A stretch of DNA of 64,000 nucleotides from Felis catus (taxonomy: Eukaryota), in assembly GCF_018350175.1 (NCBI RefSeq), contig NC_058368.1:229526001-229590000 (forward strand), given 5' to 3'. The notes below the pieces were generated by a model. The model ran no database searches. It was not told the origin of the DNA and saw only the letters and a program-made list of their open reading frames with translations. Of this stretch, positions 51,992 through 64,000 are shown one piece after another (within the stretch, counting starts at the first letter, position 1; every line of letters begins with the position of its first letter). A program made the position numbers and the translations under genes.

Positions 51992-52187
51992 CAATACCAT
52001 CCAGTATAAATTTCTACAATGATGGAAATATTCTACATCTGTGCAGAGTCTAAAATAGTAGCCATAGCCACATATTTCTCTTGTACACTTAAAATGTGGC
52101 TAGTCTGACTCAGGAACATAATTTTTAATTTAACTTTAAAGTTAAATAGACACATATGGCTAATGGCCACCACATTGGACAGTCCAG
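51992..52187. mobile_element. MER3-like hAT-Charlie MITE
   Basis: GATGGAAATATTCTACATCTG...AAATGTGGCTAGT...CACATATGGCTAATGGC...ATTGGACAG; TAGAG on both flanks. Confidence 0.8.
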
Positions 52188-53284
52188 TTTAGAGATTACT
52201 AATTGAACCCCTGACATACCAAAGTCTAATATTTATAATATGCCTGTTTGCCATTTCCTGAATAAAGAGAATTTAACTCATTCATTGCCTTCCCACATCA
52301 TTTTATTGAGGTACAGTATAGTAATATATTAATTATATTATATGTTATATTAATAATATTGAGGTATAATTAAATGGTATTTAATTCCATTTGTATTTCA
52401 ACAAAACAGGATATTTTGGTTATTTCTTTATGTACTCATATTCAATTAGAATCCCACATACTTACCTTTTGCTATCCTTCATTTTTTCTTATTTTCTACA
52501 TGGCCATCTGTGATTAGTTCCTTTTGTCTTAATAGTAACCTTTCATTTCTTTTATTATGGTTTTGCTAGTGTTTAATTACATCATGGTTTGCTATTCTGA
52601 AGTATCTTCACCACACCTTCATATTTAAAATATATATTTGCTGGGTATAAAACATTGGTACTTGTATTACTTCAGTGTTCTCAAGATATTCCATTGTCTC
52701 TGGATTTCTTTGCTTTGAGATGCTTGTGATTAATCCTATTACTGTTTCTTTGATGGTAATGCACCTTTTTTTTTTCTCTCTCTCTCTATCTTCTGGATGC
52801 TTTAAGTTTACATTTCTCACATTAGTTTTTGGCAGTTATACTATGGTGTGCCCAGTGTTATTTTATAGCATCAATTATATTTGGGTTTTAAATGGCTTTT
52901 TGCTTTTGTGGGTTTTGTCTCCTATTTTAAAAAAATAGTAATTTTGTCATCAAATATTTCTTCTGTCAGTTCAATTCCATGTATGTTAGAACTTTTTCTG
53001 TATTCCGTGTATCTCTTATACTCTATTACAAGTTTTGCACTTATTTGACTTCTCTGTGCTTCAGTCTAGAATATTTTCTTGTGAACTAACTTTCAGGACA
53101 CTAATTATTTTTCAATACGTCTAATGTGTTGTGAAATTCACCTAATAAATTCCTAATTTTCAGACACTGTAGGTTTCAGTTCTATGATTTTAATTTGACA
53201 TTTGTATAGTTTACAATTTGCTGATTTTTCAAAATTTCTTAATCACTTTAACTATATTGTTTAGAAGTCTATATCTGGGGGAGG

Positions 53285-53395
53285 GAAGGATGAATAGGCA
53301 GAGATTTTTAGGGCAGTGAAAATAATTTCTATGAAACTATAGTGGAAGATACATGTTATACATTTTTCCAAGCTCATGGACTGTATAATACCAAT
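53285..53395 (+). mobile_element. L1MC-like 3'UTR fragment
   Basis: GATGAATAGGCAGAGATTTTTAGGGCAGTGAAA...GATACATGTTATACATTT. Confidence 0.65.
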
Positions 53396-53808
53396 CAATT
53401 TATTTAACTCGGTTAATGTGCAGTGTAGTGTGGGTTTCAGGAGTAGAACCCAGTGATTCATAACTTCCACATAACACCCAGTGCTAATCCCAACAAGTGC
53501 CCTCCTTAATGCCCATCACCCATTTAGCCCATTCCCCCACCCACCTCCCCTCCAGCAACCCTCAGTTTATTCTCCGTATTTAAGAATCTCTTACAGTTTG
53601 CTTCCTTCTCTGTTTTTACCTTATTTTATTTTTCCTTCCCTTCCCCTATGTTCATCTGTTTTGTGTCTTAAATTCCACAAACGAGTGAAATCATATGGTA
53701 TTTGTCTTTCTCTGATTTATTTCACTTAGGATACTATCCTCTAGTTCCATCCACGTTGTTGCAAATGGCAAGATTTCATTCTTTTTGATCACCGAGTAAT
53801 ATTCCATT

Positions 53809-53810
<2 letters not shown>

Positions 53811-53851
<41 letters not shown>
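53811..53851. repeat. (GT)n microsatellite inside L1
   Basis: Direct inspection. Confidence 0.97.
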
Positions 53852-53854
<3 letters not shown>

Positions 53855-53977
53855 ACATCTTCTTTATCCATTCATCTCTTTTATCCATTGATCAGTTGGT
53901 GGACATTTGGGCTCTTTCCATAATTTGGCTATTGTTGATAGCATTGCTATAAACATTGGGGTGCATGTACCTCTTCA

Positions 53978-53994
53978 TTTTTTTAATGTTTATT

Positions 53995-54030
<36 letters not shown>

Positions 54031-54200
54031 AAAGTGTGAGTGGGGGAGAAGCAGAGACAGAGGGAGCTACAGATTCAGAAGCAGGCTCCAGGCTCTGAGC
54101 TGTCATCACAGAGCCCCATGTGGGGCTCAAACCCATGAACTGTGGGATCATGACCCGAGCTGAAGCCTGACACTTAACTGACTGAGCCACCCAAATGCCT
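53978..54200 (-). mobile_element. Can-SINE nested in L1
   Basis: TSD CATGT(A/G)CC(T/C)CTTCA. Confidence 0.95.
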
Positions 54201-54559
54201 CTACATGTGCCCCTTCAAATCAGCATTTTTGTATCCTTTGGATAAATAGCTAGTAGTGCAATTGCTGGGTCTTAGGCTAGTTCTATTTTTAGCTTTTTGA
54301 AGAACCTCAGTAGTCTTTTCCAGAGTGACTGCACCAGTTTGCATTCCCACCAACAGTGCAAAATTGTTCCCCTTTCTCCACATCCTTGTCAACACCTGTT
54401 GTTTCTAAGTTTCTTTTAAAATATAAATAGTTGCGTTTTATTTATCTAAAAGGTAATAATTTCTTCATATACCAAATGAGGATTAGATATTTTAACAATA
54501 AGCAAAAATTAAAAGTTTTATTAAGAAATTGCTATTTGTAAAACTTTTTCTACATACTT

Positions 54560-54750
54560 TATTTAGGTGATTCACCTTATTTCAGAACAACCTCAGTGAG
54601 TAGCTACTGTGACTGTCCTTACTGTACAGCTACAGAAAAAGGAAGGAGACAAATGATAAACAAATTTCCCCAGGTCATATTGCTGGTAAGTGACAGAGCC
54701 TGGATTCCAAATAATGCAGCCTGTCTCCATAATTCTCCCCTTAACCTCTA
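54560..54750 (-). mobile_element. MIR fragment
   Basis: AACAACCTCAGTGAGTAG...CCCAGGTCATA...GTAAGTGACAGAGCCTGGATTC. Confidence 0.7.
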
Positions 54751-55118
54751 GAGTATACCAAGTGGCACATAAAATAATACTGTGATATGGGTAACCGTCA
54801 AGTTTATCTCATCTTAACAAATTAAGGGACATAACAGCAACAAATTATTAAGGAATAGTGACTAGCTGACCACCAAGTGAGAGTAATTTTGTAGATACAT
54901 TTTCCTGAGTTGATGAATATGATGGAACAATCTCACTTGCAAACTGTGCATAACACATAATTTTTCAGTTAAATTGAGCAAACATTTTTACACATCATGA
55001 ATTTCTAGTTTTCAAAAATAAGTAACTTATTTCTACTCTTTGTGAAAGTTGCATTATGACAGACCTTCCATATGCATATATCCAGCAATGAAAATCGATA
55101 TTTAATGCTTTAATCATC

Positions 55119-55539
55119 TATTAGGGTTGATTTGAACCCCTAAAAAAGAGCCCCTAAAAATTCTATCCCCTATTCGCCTGGGTGGCTCAGTCGGTTGAGC
55201 GTCTGACTTCAGCTCAGCTCATGATCTCTTGGTTTGTGAATCTGAGCCCCGCATCGGGCTCTGTGTTGACAGCTCAGAGCCTGGAGCCTGTTTCAGATTC
55301 TCTGTCTCCCTCTTTCCCTGCCCCTCCCCTGCTTGCACTCTGTCTGGCTCTCTGTCTCAAAAATAAAATTTAAAAAAAAATTCTATCCCCTATTACTCCA
55401 GAATGTGGTCTTGTTTGGGAAAAGAGTCCTTGCAGATATAATTAAATGAGTTAAAATAAGTTCACACTGGAGTAGAGAGGAACCTTAATCCAATGTGACT
55501 GGTATCCTTTTAAGAGGAAAATTTGGACACATACATACA

Positions 55540-55585
<46 letters not shown>

Positions 55586-55838
55586 ACTATGTGAGAGAAG
55601 ATCATATGAAGACAGCAGCAGGATTGAAGTCATGTTGCCACAAACCAAGGAACACCTGAGCCTATAGAAGCTGGAAGATGTGAAGAAAGATTCTACCCCA
55701 GACACTACTGAGGGAGGGTGGCCCAGCCAATATCTTGAGTCTGGACATCCAGCTTCCAGAACTGTAAAATAATCAATTTTTGTTATTTTAAGCCACTCAG
55801 TTAGTGGTACTTTATGACAGATCCAGGAAAGAAATATA
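55119..55838 (+). mobile_element. MLT1A-C-like MaLR solo LTR with nested SINE and (GA)n
   Basis: CAGAATGTGGTCTTGTTTGG...TGCAGATATAATTA...AATCCAATGTGACTGG...CCAGCTTCCAGAACTGT...TTTTAAGCCAC. Confidence 0.88.
55175..55375 (+). mobile_element. Can-SINE nested in an MLT1 LTR
   Basis: Perfect 19-bp TSD AAAAATTCTATCCCCTATT at 55156-55174 and 55376-55394. Confidence 0.96.
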
Positions 55839-57553
55839 CCATTCCAAACAATTCATTACTGAACTAATATTTAGAATAATCCTTCCTTAAAAAGCAGGTT
55901 TCCAGATTAAGATTAGAAAATGTAATTTTTTGACTGATTCAACAAATTGTAACTTGTTAAAGGAATTTTCTTCATATCATAGAGTCAACATACATCACAA
56001 TCTTTAGCTCTTAATTATGGACAAATTATGTCAGGCAATTTAGAGTCTGAGGCACGACCACTTGCAAGCGAGTCCAAAAAGACTTTGTACTAAGTGGTCA
56101 AAGATGATATGCTGTGCATCTTCCCCCTCAAGAGCAGTAATGGCTGACCACATACAGGTCCTTCTGGTTCCTCCAGGGCCATTTTCTAGGCTTCCCATGA
56201 ACCTACAAGGACACAAATGACTGCCAATGGATAGCAGAAAGCCAAGAGCTCCTCATCTCCCCTTCATATGAGGACTAATAGGTATTCAGTGTACTTTGAA
56301 GTATTAATCAAGGAACATGGAAAGAATTTAGTGTATATTGGGGCTGCTATAATGGAGATATTTATGAGAAAAAAATATTCTCTCTATTCAATTAATGCAA
56401 GTAAAAACATCAGAAACTTTATTATCTTTTCCCTTGGAAATGTATAGTAGAGATAATAACTTAATTTTTTCTAAGGGCAGTATCACATGAAAAATTAAAA
56501 GGCTCCTGTACATAGATTATTCCTAAGGCTAAACCAAAAATATTTCACTCAGATCTCAAACTAGCGGCTTTGGCATTCCCAATCCAAAGCATCTCCTAAA
56601 TAGTACGTTGATATAAAGCTTTTCAACATCTGCGCCAATGGCGTTAAATAGCTCAGCAATTTGTTGTACATGTTATATACCAATGTTGTTTATTATTATG
56701 TCATTGTCTACACAAAAGTGTTATTGAATGGCAATATATTAACTTGGATGTACAAATGACATTCTAGCCTTTTTTAAAGGTTAAAAGTACTTTAAACATG
56801 CACAGAAAAAATTAAATTGTCTAAAAATATAACCTTGGCAAAATGCAACCATCCAAATACTCGGACAAAAATTAACTGAAATGCACTATCTTGACCTCGC
56901 ATTTCCATGAAAATGCACTTAATGGGCTCGTGATCAGGGATTTAGAAGTAGGAAAATGCTATCTGACCAAAGATTTTCCTTACTACAATCATGTGAAAAG
57001 ATGAAGAGCACATTGTAATTTTAGATAACGATGATTTAAGACAAAAAAAATACTAAGACAAATGGAATTTTTTAAATGGATGATCATTATAATATCCATT
57101 TATAACATTCAACTGTAGGGATGTGTTTGGTGTTTAGATTCCTAGTTAGATAATCTTAGACTTTAATTTAATGAAAGTCAAATGGCTGGTGAATAATAAG
57201 TAAGGACTAGAAGTAATATGTTCAGACTTTTAAGTGATTGTGTTTAATTTTGTAGAAAAGAATTTCACCTTAGATAAAGAAATATTGTATCAAAGTATCA
57301 AGCCTTAGGTTAATAATTTATTGATGTGTAGAAATACTGCTAGATTTTGAGCAAGAGGATTAACTAAACTGAGGCTTAGAAAATAAAAGTATATCTTTAG
57401 TTTTGTTGGCAGATATCTGTGTGTGCGTGAGAGAGAGAGAGAGAGACAGGAACAGAGAGAAACAAAGAGCGAATTATATATTTCCTCCTCATTTTAACTA
57501 CTCAACTAAAAAACTACCATAGGTTTATAATTTCCTTTAAAAGTGATTAGCCA

Positions 57554-57785
57554 GGGGCAACTGGGTGGCTCAGTCAATTGAGCAATTGAGTGGCTGACTC
57601 TTGATTTCAGTTCAGGTCATGATCTCATGGTTCCTGAGATCCAGCCCCATGTAAGGCTCAGTAGTGTCAGCAACAGAACCTGTTTAGGATTCTTGCTCTC
57701 CCTCGCTCTCTGCCCCTCCACCACTCACACACTCATGCACATTCTTTCTCTCTCTCTCAAAATAAATAAACTTTCAAAAAAATAA
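57554..57785 (+). mobile_element. Can-SINE
   Basis: Canonical; CAATTGAG duplicated in the head. Confidence 0.93.
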
Positions 57786-57829
57786 AATTATAAAATAATT
57801 ATTAGCTAAGTTAATATATGGATGGATAA

Positions 57830-58110
57830 TGCAAGGTACAAAGACAACACTGCATTCTGGGAAACCAACTGGGAGTCTCCATAGTTCCATATATGCACAG
57901 TTCCATATAGACCAAAGATGGTGGCTTGGACCAGGATGCTGGTGGAAATGTAGAGAAGTGAGAAGTAGTGAAACAAATTTAGGTGGAAGAATCAAAAGAC
58001 ACTGATGATCAATGAAGGAGTCAAAAGGATCAAGATTGACTTCTCATTTCTGGCTGGTGCAACCAGATAGACAGTGATGTCATTCACTGAAATGAAGAAC
58101 ACTGAAAACT
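57830..58110 (-). mobile_element. L2 fragment
   Basis: GGTGGCTTGGACCAGG...GAGAAGTG...GATGTCATTCACTGAAATG. Confidence 0.65.
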
Positions 58111-58169
58111 TGAAACGCCAATCATTACATGTACAGTTCTTGACATACCCTTATAATAAGAGAAGTGCA

Positions 58170-58362
58170 GTGGCACCTGGGTGGCTCAATCAGTTAAGCA
58201 TCCTACTCTTATTTTCGGCTCAGGTCATGATCTCATGGTTCATGGGTTCGAGCCCCATGTCAGGCTCTGTGTTGATAGTGGGGAGTCTCGTTGGGTTCTC
58301 TCTTCCTCTCTCTCTCTGCTCCTCTCCCTTTCTCAAAAATAAATAAATAAGCCTTTAAAAAG
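58170..58362 (+). mobile_element. Can-SINE
   Basis: TSD AAGAGAA(G/A)TGCA. Confidence 0.93.
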
Positions 58363-59080
58363 AAAGAGAAATGCAAATTAACAGGAAAATGAGTTATCCC
58401 ATAACTACCAACATCCAACACCTAACCATTTGTTGGTGGTGGTGAGGGGAAGGGGACACTAGTATACAGTTGGTGAAAATATTAATTGATAAAACCTCCT
58501 CAGAGAGCAATTTGACAGCATTTAATAAATCTTAAGATACCAATACCCTGGGACTAAGCAATCCAGCAGTGTGTGCCAGAAAAATGCTCACACATTTGCC
58601 AAGGAGACACATCCAACCATCTTTACTGCAGCACTGTTGGCTATAGCAATGCAGGGAACCTGCATAATTTCTTCTCAGGAATTATAGCCACTGTAATTTT
58701 TTTCAAACAATGGAATATTCTATAGCAGCAAAAAGAAATTGGACTGATATGTACTAACATGCATAAATAACTAAGATGTGAGGTTAAGTCTAAAAGTTGC
58801 AAAAGGGTATGTATATCATAGCACTGCTTCCGTAAGTTTTAAAAGCACAAAACAATACTACACATTGTTTTTACAGCCACACAAATTGCACAATGATATC
58901 GAGGAATGATAAGCACCATTTTACGGTAGTGATTACCACCAGGGAATAAAGGTATGGGGAGCTTTATGTATGCAAACAAAACATACCAAGGAATTCAAAA
59001 TAATAACTTCTGGTGGGTGAAATTATGAGTGAATTTTATTTTATTACACTTTTCTGTATTTTTTATATTTTAATGAGAAG
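58363..59080 (+). mobile_element. Old L1 (L1ME-like) 3' fragment
   Basis: GAAATGCAAATTAA..., CAATGGAATATTCTATAGCAGC..., decayed ORF2 end and 3'UTR. Confidence 0.7.
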
Positions 59081-60489
59081 TTTAATAATTAATAAAAGTA
59101 TTCACTAAAAATTAACTGAAACTATTTTATTAGATCATAACTATTGCCATCCTTTATACTGAAATCATTTGAACATGGTATTTTCAAAAATGCAACATTT
59201 ATTGTTTCAACATACATACACACTTTGGCACCAATATATGCAAGAGCAAGTAATTATTAGCTCACCAATATCAAACATGCTGTTAACTAAACATAATCTG
59301 AAAACCAGAGAAAATCAGCCAAATCTCAGGCAAAGCAGTCTACAGTTGGACTAGTCTCCTTTTTACTCACCTTCCATAAGAGGTCTTAAAATAAAAACAT
59401 TGTTTTTGTACAATGAGTATTTATTTAGTACCATGCAATCTCTCACTCAATTTTTCATTATTTCCCCTCTTTAGATTTCCTTTCCACCCCCACCCCCAAG
59501 CCCCAATAAATGTTACTTTGGAGATGTGGCTGGTGGAGAAATTACACTTAAGAAAGAGAAGACTTTTATTAACTACAAATTGTTTTGCCCCAGGAACCTG
59601 AAATCGTAAGACTTGCTCTAAGATTAAAGTGTATGTATGCTTAAGTACTGAGGTGTATTGAGGTTAGATCAAGGACACTTGACTGGTAACTATTTGCTGA
59701 ATAGCAAATACTGTGGGGAAACTCAAATGACTACGGTGGAAATATTTTTTAATGATTGAATGCTGTCTTAAGGTTTTCTTTGTAGGAATATATGCCCTAA
59801 ACACTTGCAAAATTGTAGACCTCCCAAAATCACCATAGCTCATTCCATGTGTATATTTTGAGAACCTTTTTACCTTGTGTTTTGCTTCCAAATATCTGTG
59901 AATTTTTTAACATTAGATCAATATAAGTGTCTGTGAAATAAATGTTTATAATTTATTTTTATAATTTCTAAGCAAACAAATTCTGCTGTAGGGTAGACAC
60001 AGTGATAAATTTCATTTTCCTAGAGAATACTGGTAATTTAAGTTCTCTGCACTCTGAAGTTCTTTATTGATTTTACTTAACCCTCAGGATCCAATTTAAG
60101 ATGAAATCTTTGCCTCCAATGGAGATATGGAAAGAGTTTTGGAGTAAAGGAATCATGGTAGCACATACCTAAATATTATTTCATTTTCATGTTCATTTCT
60201 CTCTACTCTTTCTTTCATTTTGGGCAGGAACCAAGGCCAGGTGCCGTCTTAAGGATTTTGAAAGAATTAGAACTGACCTGGGGGAGCCCACTCTGTCCCT
60301 GAATTTCAATCCCGATTTCTCTGGGCTTCAGTAACTCTCAAGAAGATGAAAAATCTAAGAAAAGTAAGTACATTTGGGGTGCCCTTAGGACTAAAGTTAT
60401 TTCTAGGTGAGGAGGAAAATCTTTGTTGATTCCTCTTAATATTGAAATTTATCCTTTGAATTTGAATCACATTTTCCCCCCACAATACA

Positions 60490-60720
60490 TTTTATTTGTT
60501 TGTTTAGCAAAGACTGTACAGGCACTCTTCTAAGTGCTTTACATAAAAGAACAACTTGGTTACCACATTGGTGAGCTAGGCACTGCTATATACCAATTTT
60601 TACAGCTTAAAAACGTGAGGAGCAGAGAGACCGCGTAACCACCCCTCGGGTTATACAGCAAGTTAGAACGAAGTCCACGCAGTTGACCCTTAGAACACAC
60701 GCCCGTGATGCTTATGATGC
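60490..60720 (-). mobile_element. MIR fragment
   Basis: CAGGCACTCTTCTAAGTGCTTTACAT...TTTTTACAG... Confidence 0.65.
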
Positions 60721-61215
60721 TAAAAGAGAAGCAGGATCTGCCTTGAGCCTTTGGTGCATGACATTGTCTACCATATTGGAATTATTGGAATGATCTAAGA
60801 ATTAAAGTACCCTCCATGTGTTACAAATTTTTTTAAATTTTACTTAATTTCATCTCATTTATAATAGGGTTTTTTTCTTATTTATTAAGAATACGGTCAT
60901 CTGCCTCCCTGTCTTTCTGAGCTAATAACACTATCAGCCCTGCTTGCCTTTCCCTATCCTTCTTCATGATCAGAGCACAGGAAATAAGGATGCCTATTCC
61001 TCTATGAGGTATTCAGAATGACTTCGCATTTATTCCTGCTATGCAGTATTAGCTCTATTCATTTTATTTTTCTGCTAGTCAAGTCTCCCTTCATCTATCA
61101 CGGCTCACTCTTGTTTAAAGACAATTTTAAATACCAATGCTTGGTTCCTTCTCGCTTCAGAAAAATGATGGATTTTTTTGACAAAAGCCTGTAACACATC
61201 TATCTACTGCTATTC

Positions 61216-61443
61216 TTTTTTTTTTTTTAATTTTTTTTAATGTCTATTTATTTTTGACCCAGAGAGAGAAACAGAGCATGAGTGGGGGAGGGGCAGAGAG
61301 AGAGGGAGACACAGAATCTGAAAACAGCCTCCGGGCTCTGAGCCATGAGCACAGAGCCCAATTCTGGGCTGGAACTCACAGACTGCGAGATCATGACCTG
61401 ACTGAAGTCGGACACTCAACCAACTGAGCCACCCACACGCCCC
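61216..61443 (-). mobile_element. Can-SINE
   Basis: TSD TATCTACTGCT. Confidence 0.95.
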
Positions 61444-62677
61444 AGTATCTACTGCTGTGCTTAATGCTGATCCTGATGAAGACAATATGCTGTATAAAGA
61501 AGGCTTTTCCTTGAGACCCCTACTCCCTGAAACAAACCTGCTGCACTGAAAATGCAGTAAGCTAAACATGGTTTTCTTTTTTTTCACCATCCCAACTTAC
61601 TTGGCTGTTGTCCGACCTTGACAAACCATTCACTTTTTAGCGTGCTTTCAAACTACTTCAAGAAACCAACCTCGGGAATGTATAAACGGTCATAAAACTT
61701 ACACCCCGTCTAACCCAAATAGGCCTACCCTCTGACTTTCTCATTTCTCATGATGATGTCATAAACATCCAAAGTTAGAGAATTCTGAGCCACTTTGAGA
61801 CATTGTTCCTTTCTCTTAATGTATATTTAATTGCTACTTCATAAAGTGTGCATTTAGAATCCATCTCAAGCCTATTTCCAGATTTTATCATGTCTCTTCT
61901 GCACTACTGTAATGGTTTTTAGCCAACTTATTTGAAGACCTCCTATTCCTATCCAGTCATTTAATATTTTAACAAATATTTTAAACACCTGTTCACTGCT
62001 TGCATCTAAACAAAATTCTAGTAAAGCAAAGTCAAATAATACATTGTTCCTCTCCTTTATAAAGTGTGATAGCCTTAGTGTGTGTGTATGTGTGTATTCA
62101 TTTTTCAATCCTTCATACTGTAACAACGTTCACATTCCTGAAACATAGATTTGATTATTGTATCTCCCTACTTAAAATGTTAACTCACACAAATGCCATC
62201 AATTAATCTTAGACAACAGTGCCAAGGATATACAATGGGGAAAGCATGATGTCTTCAGTAAATGGTGTGGGGAAAACTGGACAGCCAAACGTAAAAGAAA
62301 TTGAACCTTATCTTACACCATATGCAAAAATTAACAAAATGGATTAAAGGATCGAATGTAAGACCTTAACACATAAAAATCCTAGAAGAAGACATGGGAG
62401 AACAACTTCTTGACATTGGACTTGGCAATGACTTTTTGGACTTGACACCAAAAGCACAGACTTCAAAAGCAAAAATAGACAACGAAAACTACATCAAACT
62501 CAACAGTGTCTGCACAGTAAGGGAGATAGCCAACACAGTGTAAAGCAAACTATGGAATTAGAAAAAAAATATCCACAAAATATGTTCAATTAGGGGTTAA
62601 TGTCCAAAATATATAAGGAGCTCATACAACTCAAGAGACAGAAAAAAAAAACTGATTTAAAAATGAGCAAAATTGTA

Positions 62678-62890
62678 GGGGCGCCTGGGTGGCGCAGTCG
62701 GTTAAGCGTCCGACTTCAGCCAGGTCACGATCTTGCGGTCCGTGAGTACGAGCCCCGCGTCGGGCTCTGGGCTGATGGCTCAGAGCCTGGAGCCTGTTTC
62801 CGATTCTGTGTCTCCCTCTCTCTCTGCCCCTCCGCCGTTCATGCTCTGTCTCTCTCTCTGTCCCAAAAATAAATAAACGTTGAAAAAAAA
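62678..62890 (+). mobile_element. Young felid Can-SINE nested in L1
   Basis: GGTGGCGCAGTCGG head; TSD AAAAATGAG(C/T)AAAATTGT. Confidence 0.97.
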
Positions 62891-63178
62891 AAAAATGAGT
62901 AAAATTGTGAATAGACAGTTTTACAAAAAAAAAAAAAAAGACATAAAATGGTCAACAGGTATATAAAAAGGTGCTCAGCATCACTAATCAAGAAACGCAA
63001 ATCAAAATCACAATGAGATATCATCTCACCCGATGTAGTGGTAATTATCAAAAAGCCAAAAGATAAGTATCAAGTAGGATGTGGAAAAAAGAGAACTCTT
63101 ACATACTGTTGGTGAGAATGTAAACTGGTCTAATCATCGTTAAAAACAATATGGAGTTTTCTCAAAAAATTAAAAATA

Positions 63179-63392
63179 GGGATGCCTGGTGGCTCAGTCG
63201 GTTAAGCATCTGACTTCGGCTCAGGTCATGATCTCACCGTTTGTGAGTTCAATCCCCTCGTCAGGCTTTGTGCTGACAAGTGTGAAGCCTGGAGCCTGCT
63301 TCTGATTCCGTGTCTCCCTCTCCTTCTGCCCCTCCGCTGCTCACATTCTGTCTTTCTCTCTCTCAAAAACAGAGATAAAAAAATAGAAAAAT
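63179..63392 (+). mobile_element. Can-SINE nested in L1
   Basis: Canonical head and body. Confidence 0.93.
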
Positions 63393-64000
63393 AAAAATAG
63401 AACTACCATATGATCCAGCAATCCCACTTCTGGGTATATATTCAAAGGAAATGAAGAGACCTGCACCTCCAACTTCCCAGCATTATTATTCGTGGTAGCC
63501 AAGACATAGAAACCATTTGATTGCCCATCAAAGATAAATGGATAAAGAATTTCCACTTATATGTGGAATCTAAATCAACAGATCAATCAACAAGTTGAGC
63601 TCATACTGACAGAAAACAGATAGAATGGTAGTTACCAAGGGCTGGAGTTTAGGGAAATGGGGAGATATTGATCAAAGTATACAAACTTTCAGTTATAAGA
63701 TGAATAAGTTCAGGAAACCTAATGTTCAGTGTGGTGACTGTAGCTAATAATACTGTATTGTATCCCTGATATTTGCTGAAAGGATAGATCTCATGGGTTC
63801 TCATCACACACATACAAAAGGTAACTATGTGAGGTGATGAGTGTGTTAATTAGCTTGACTGTAGTAATCATTTCACAAGGTATATCAAAATATACTGTAC
63901 GACCTAAATATATACAAATTTTGTTAATTACAAGTTTTTGTTATAATTTTTGGAGGGTTATGAGGTGGAGGGCAAAGGATACCTGCAGGCACCACAATAG

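Larger units (their letters stand above)
49480..53240 (-). mobile_element. Fragmented old L1 (L1M) pieces, including degraded endonuclease and ORF1 regions
   Basis: Minus ORF 51054-51341 ends GIYRNLPSTTQNAALFNCAWNIYQDRPY, a decayed, frameshifted version of DIYRTLHP...SAHGTF-KIDHI; interrupted by a SINE and MER3. Confidence 0.7.
53396..54415 (-). mobile_element. 5'-truncated carnivore L1 (ORF2 C-terminus plus 3'UTR), interrupted by a SINE
   Basis: Minus ORF 53691-53888 contains MEYYSVIKKNEILPFATTWMELE; 3'UTR resembles the full-length copy. Confidence 0.93.
62185..63930 (+). mobile_element. Older L1 (L1MA-like), ORF2 3' part plus 3'UTR, with two nested SINEs and an internal deletion
   Basis: MSKIYKELIQL in ORF 62600; GGAAAACTGGACAGCC, CCATATGATCCAGCAATCCCACTTCTGGGTATATA; jump from ORF2 end into 3'UTR near 63550. 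Confidence 0.92.

Noticed and set aside
968..63051. Many MAQSV.../ERERER.../SLSLSL... ORFs
   Set aside because: Translations of Can-SINE bodies and dinucleotide tracts
1..64000. CRISPR array, operon or other prokaryote-type system
   Set aside because: Mammalian DNA; no regularly spaced repeat-spacer array or gene-dense region seen

Overview
Mammalian nuclear DNA, almost certainly from a felid: it carries about 31 tRNA-derived Can-SINEs of the feliform type and a cat-type L1. The window is AT-rich and repeat-dense, and I can recognise no host protein-coding gene. The dominant feature is a young, full-length ~6.0 kb LINE-1 (26460-32453, +) with a YY1 site, a CpG-rich 5'UTR and a 16-bp target-site duplication (TSD). 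It carries three point lesions: an ORF1 CGA>TGA stop, loss of the endonuclease catalytic His, and an A13 frameshift in ORF2. Older L1, L2, MIR, MaLR/ERVL LTR and hAT fossils and microsatellites fill much of the rest. Signals not explained by ordinary repeats: (1) a ~60-bp-arm inverted repeat at 40392-40582; (2) a chain of minus-strand exon-like units (21018-21084, 19839-19895, from 17050) that joins in frame from a strong-Kozak ATG; (3) a second minus-strand promoter/exon candidate near 0.7-3.3 kb; (4) a 56-bp templated copy of a neighbouring SINE inside a microsatellite; (5) a solo poly(A) retro-insertion with a perfect TSD; (6) a tiny 5'-inverted L1. Family names for old repeats are from recalled consensus sequences and their boundaries are approximate. 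No new biological system can be established from the sequence alone.
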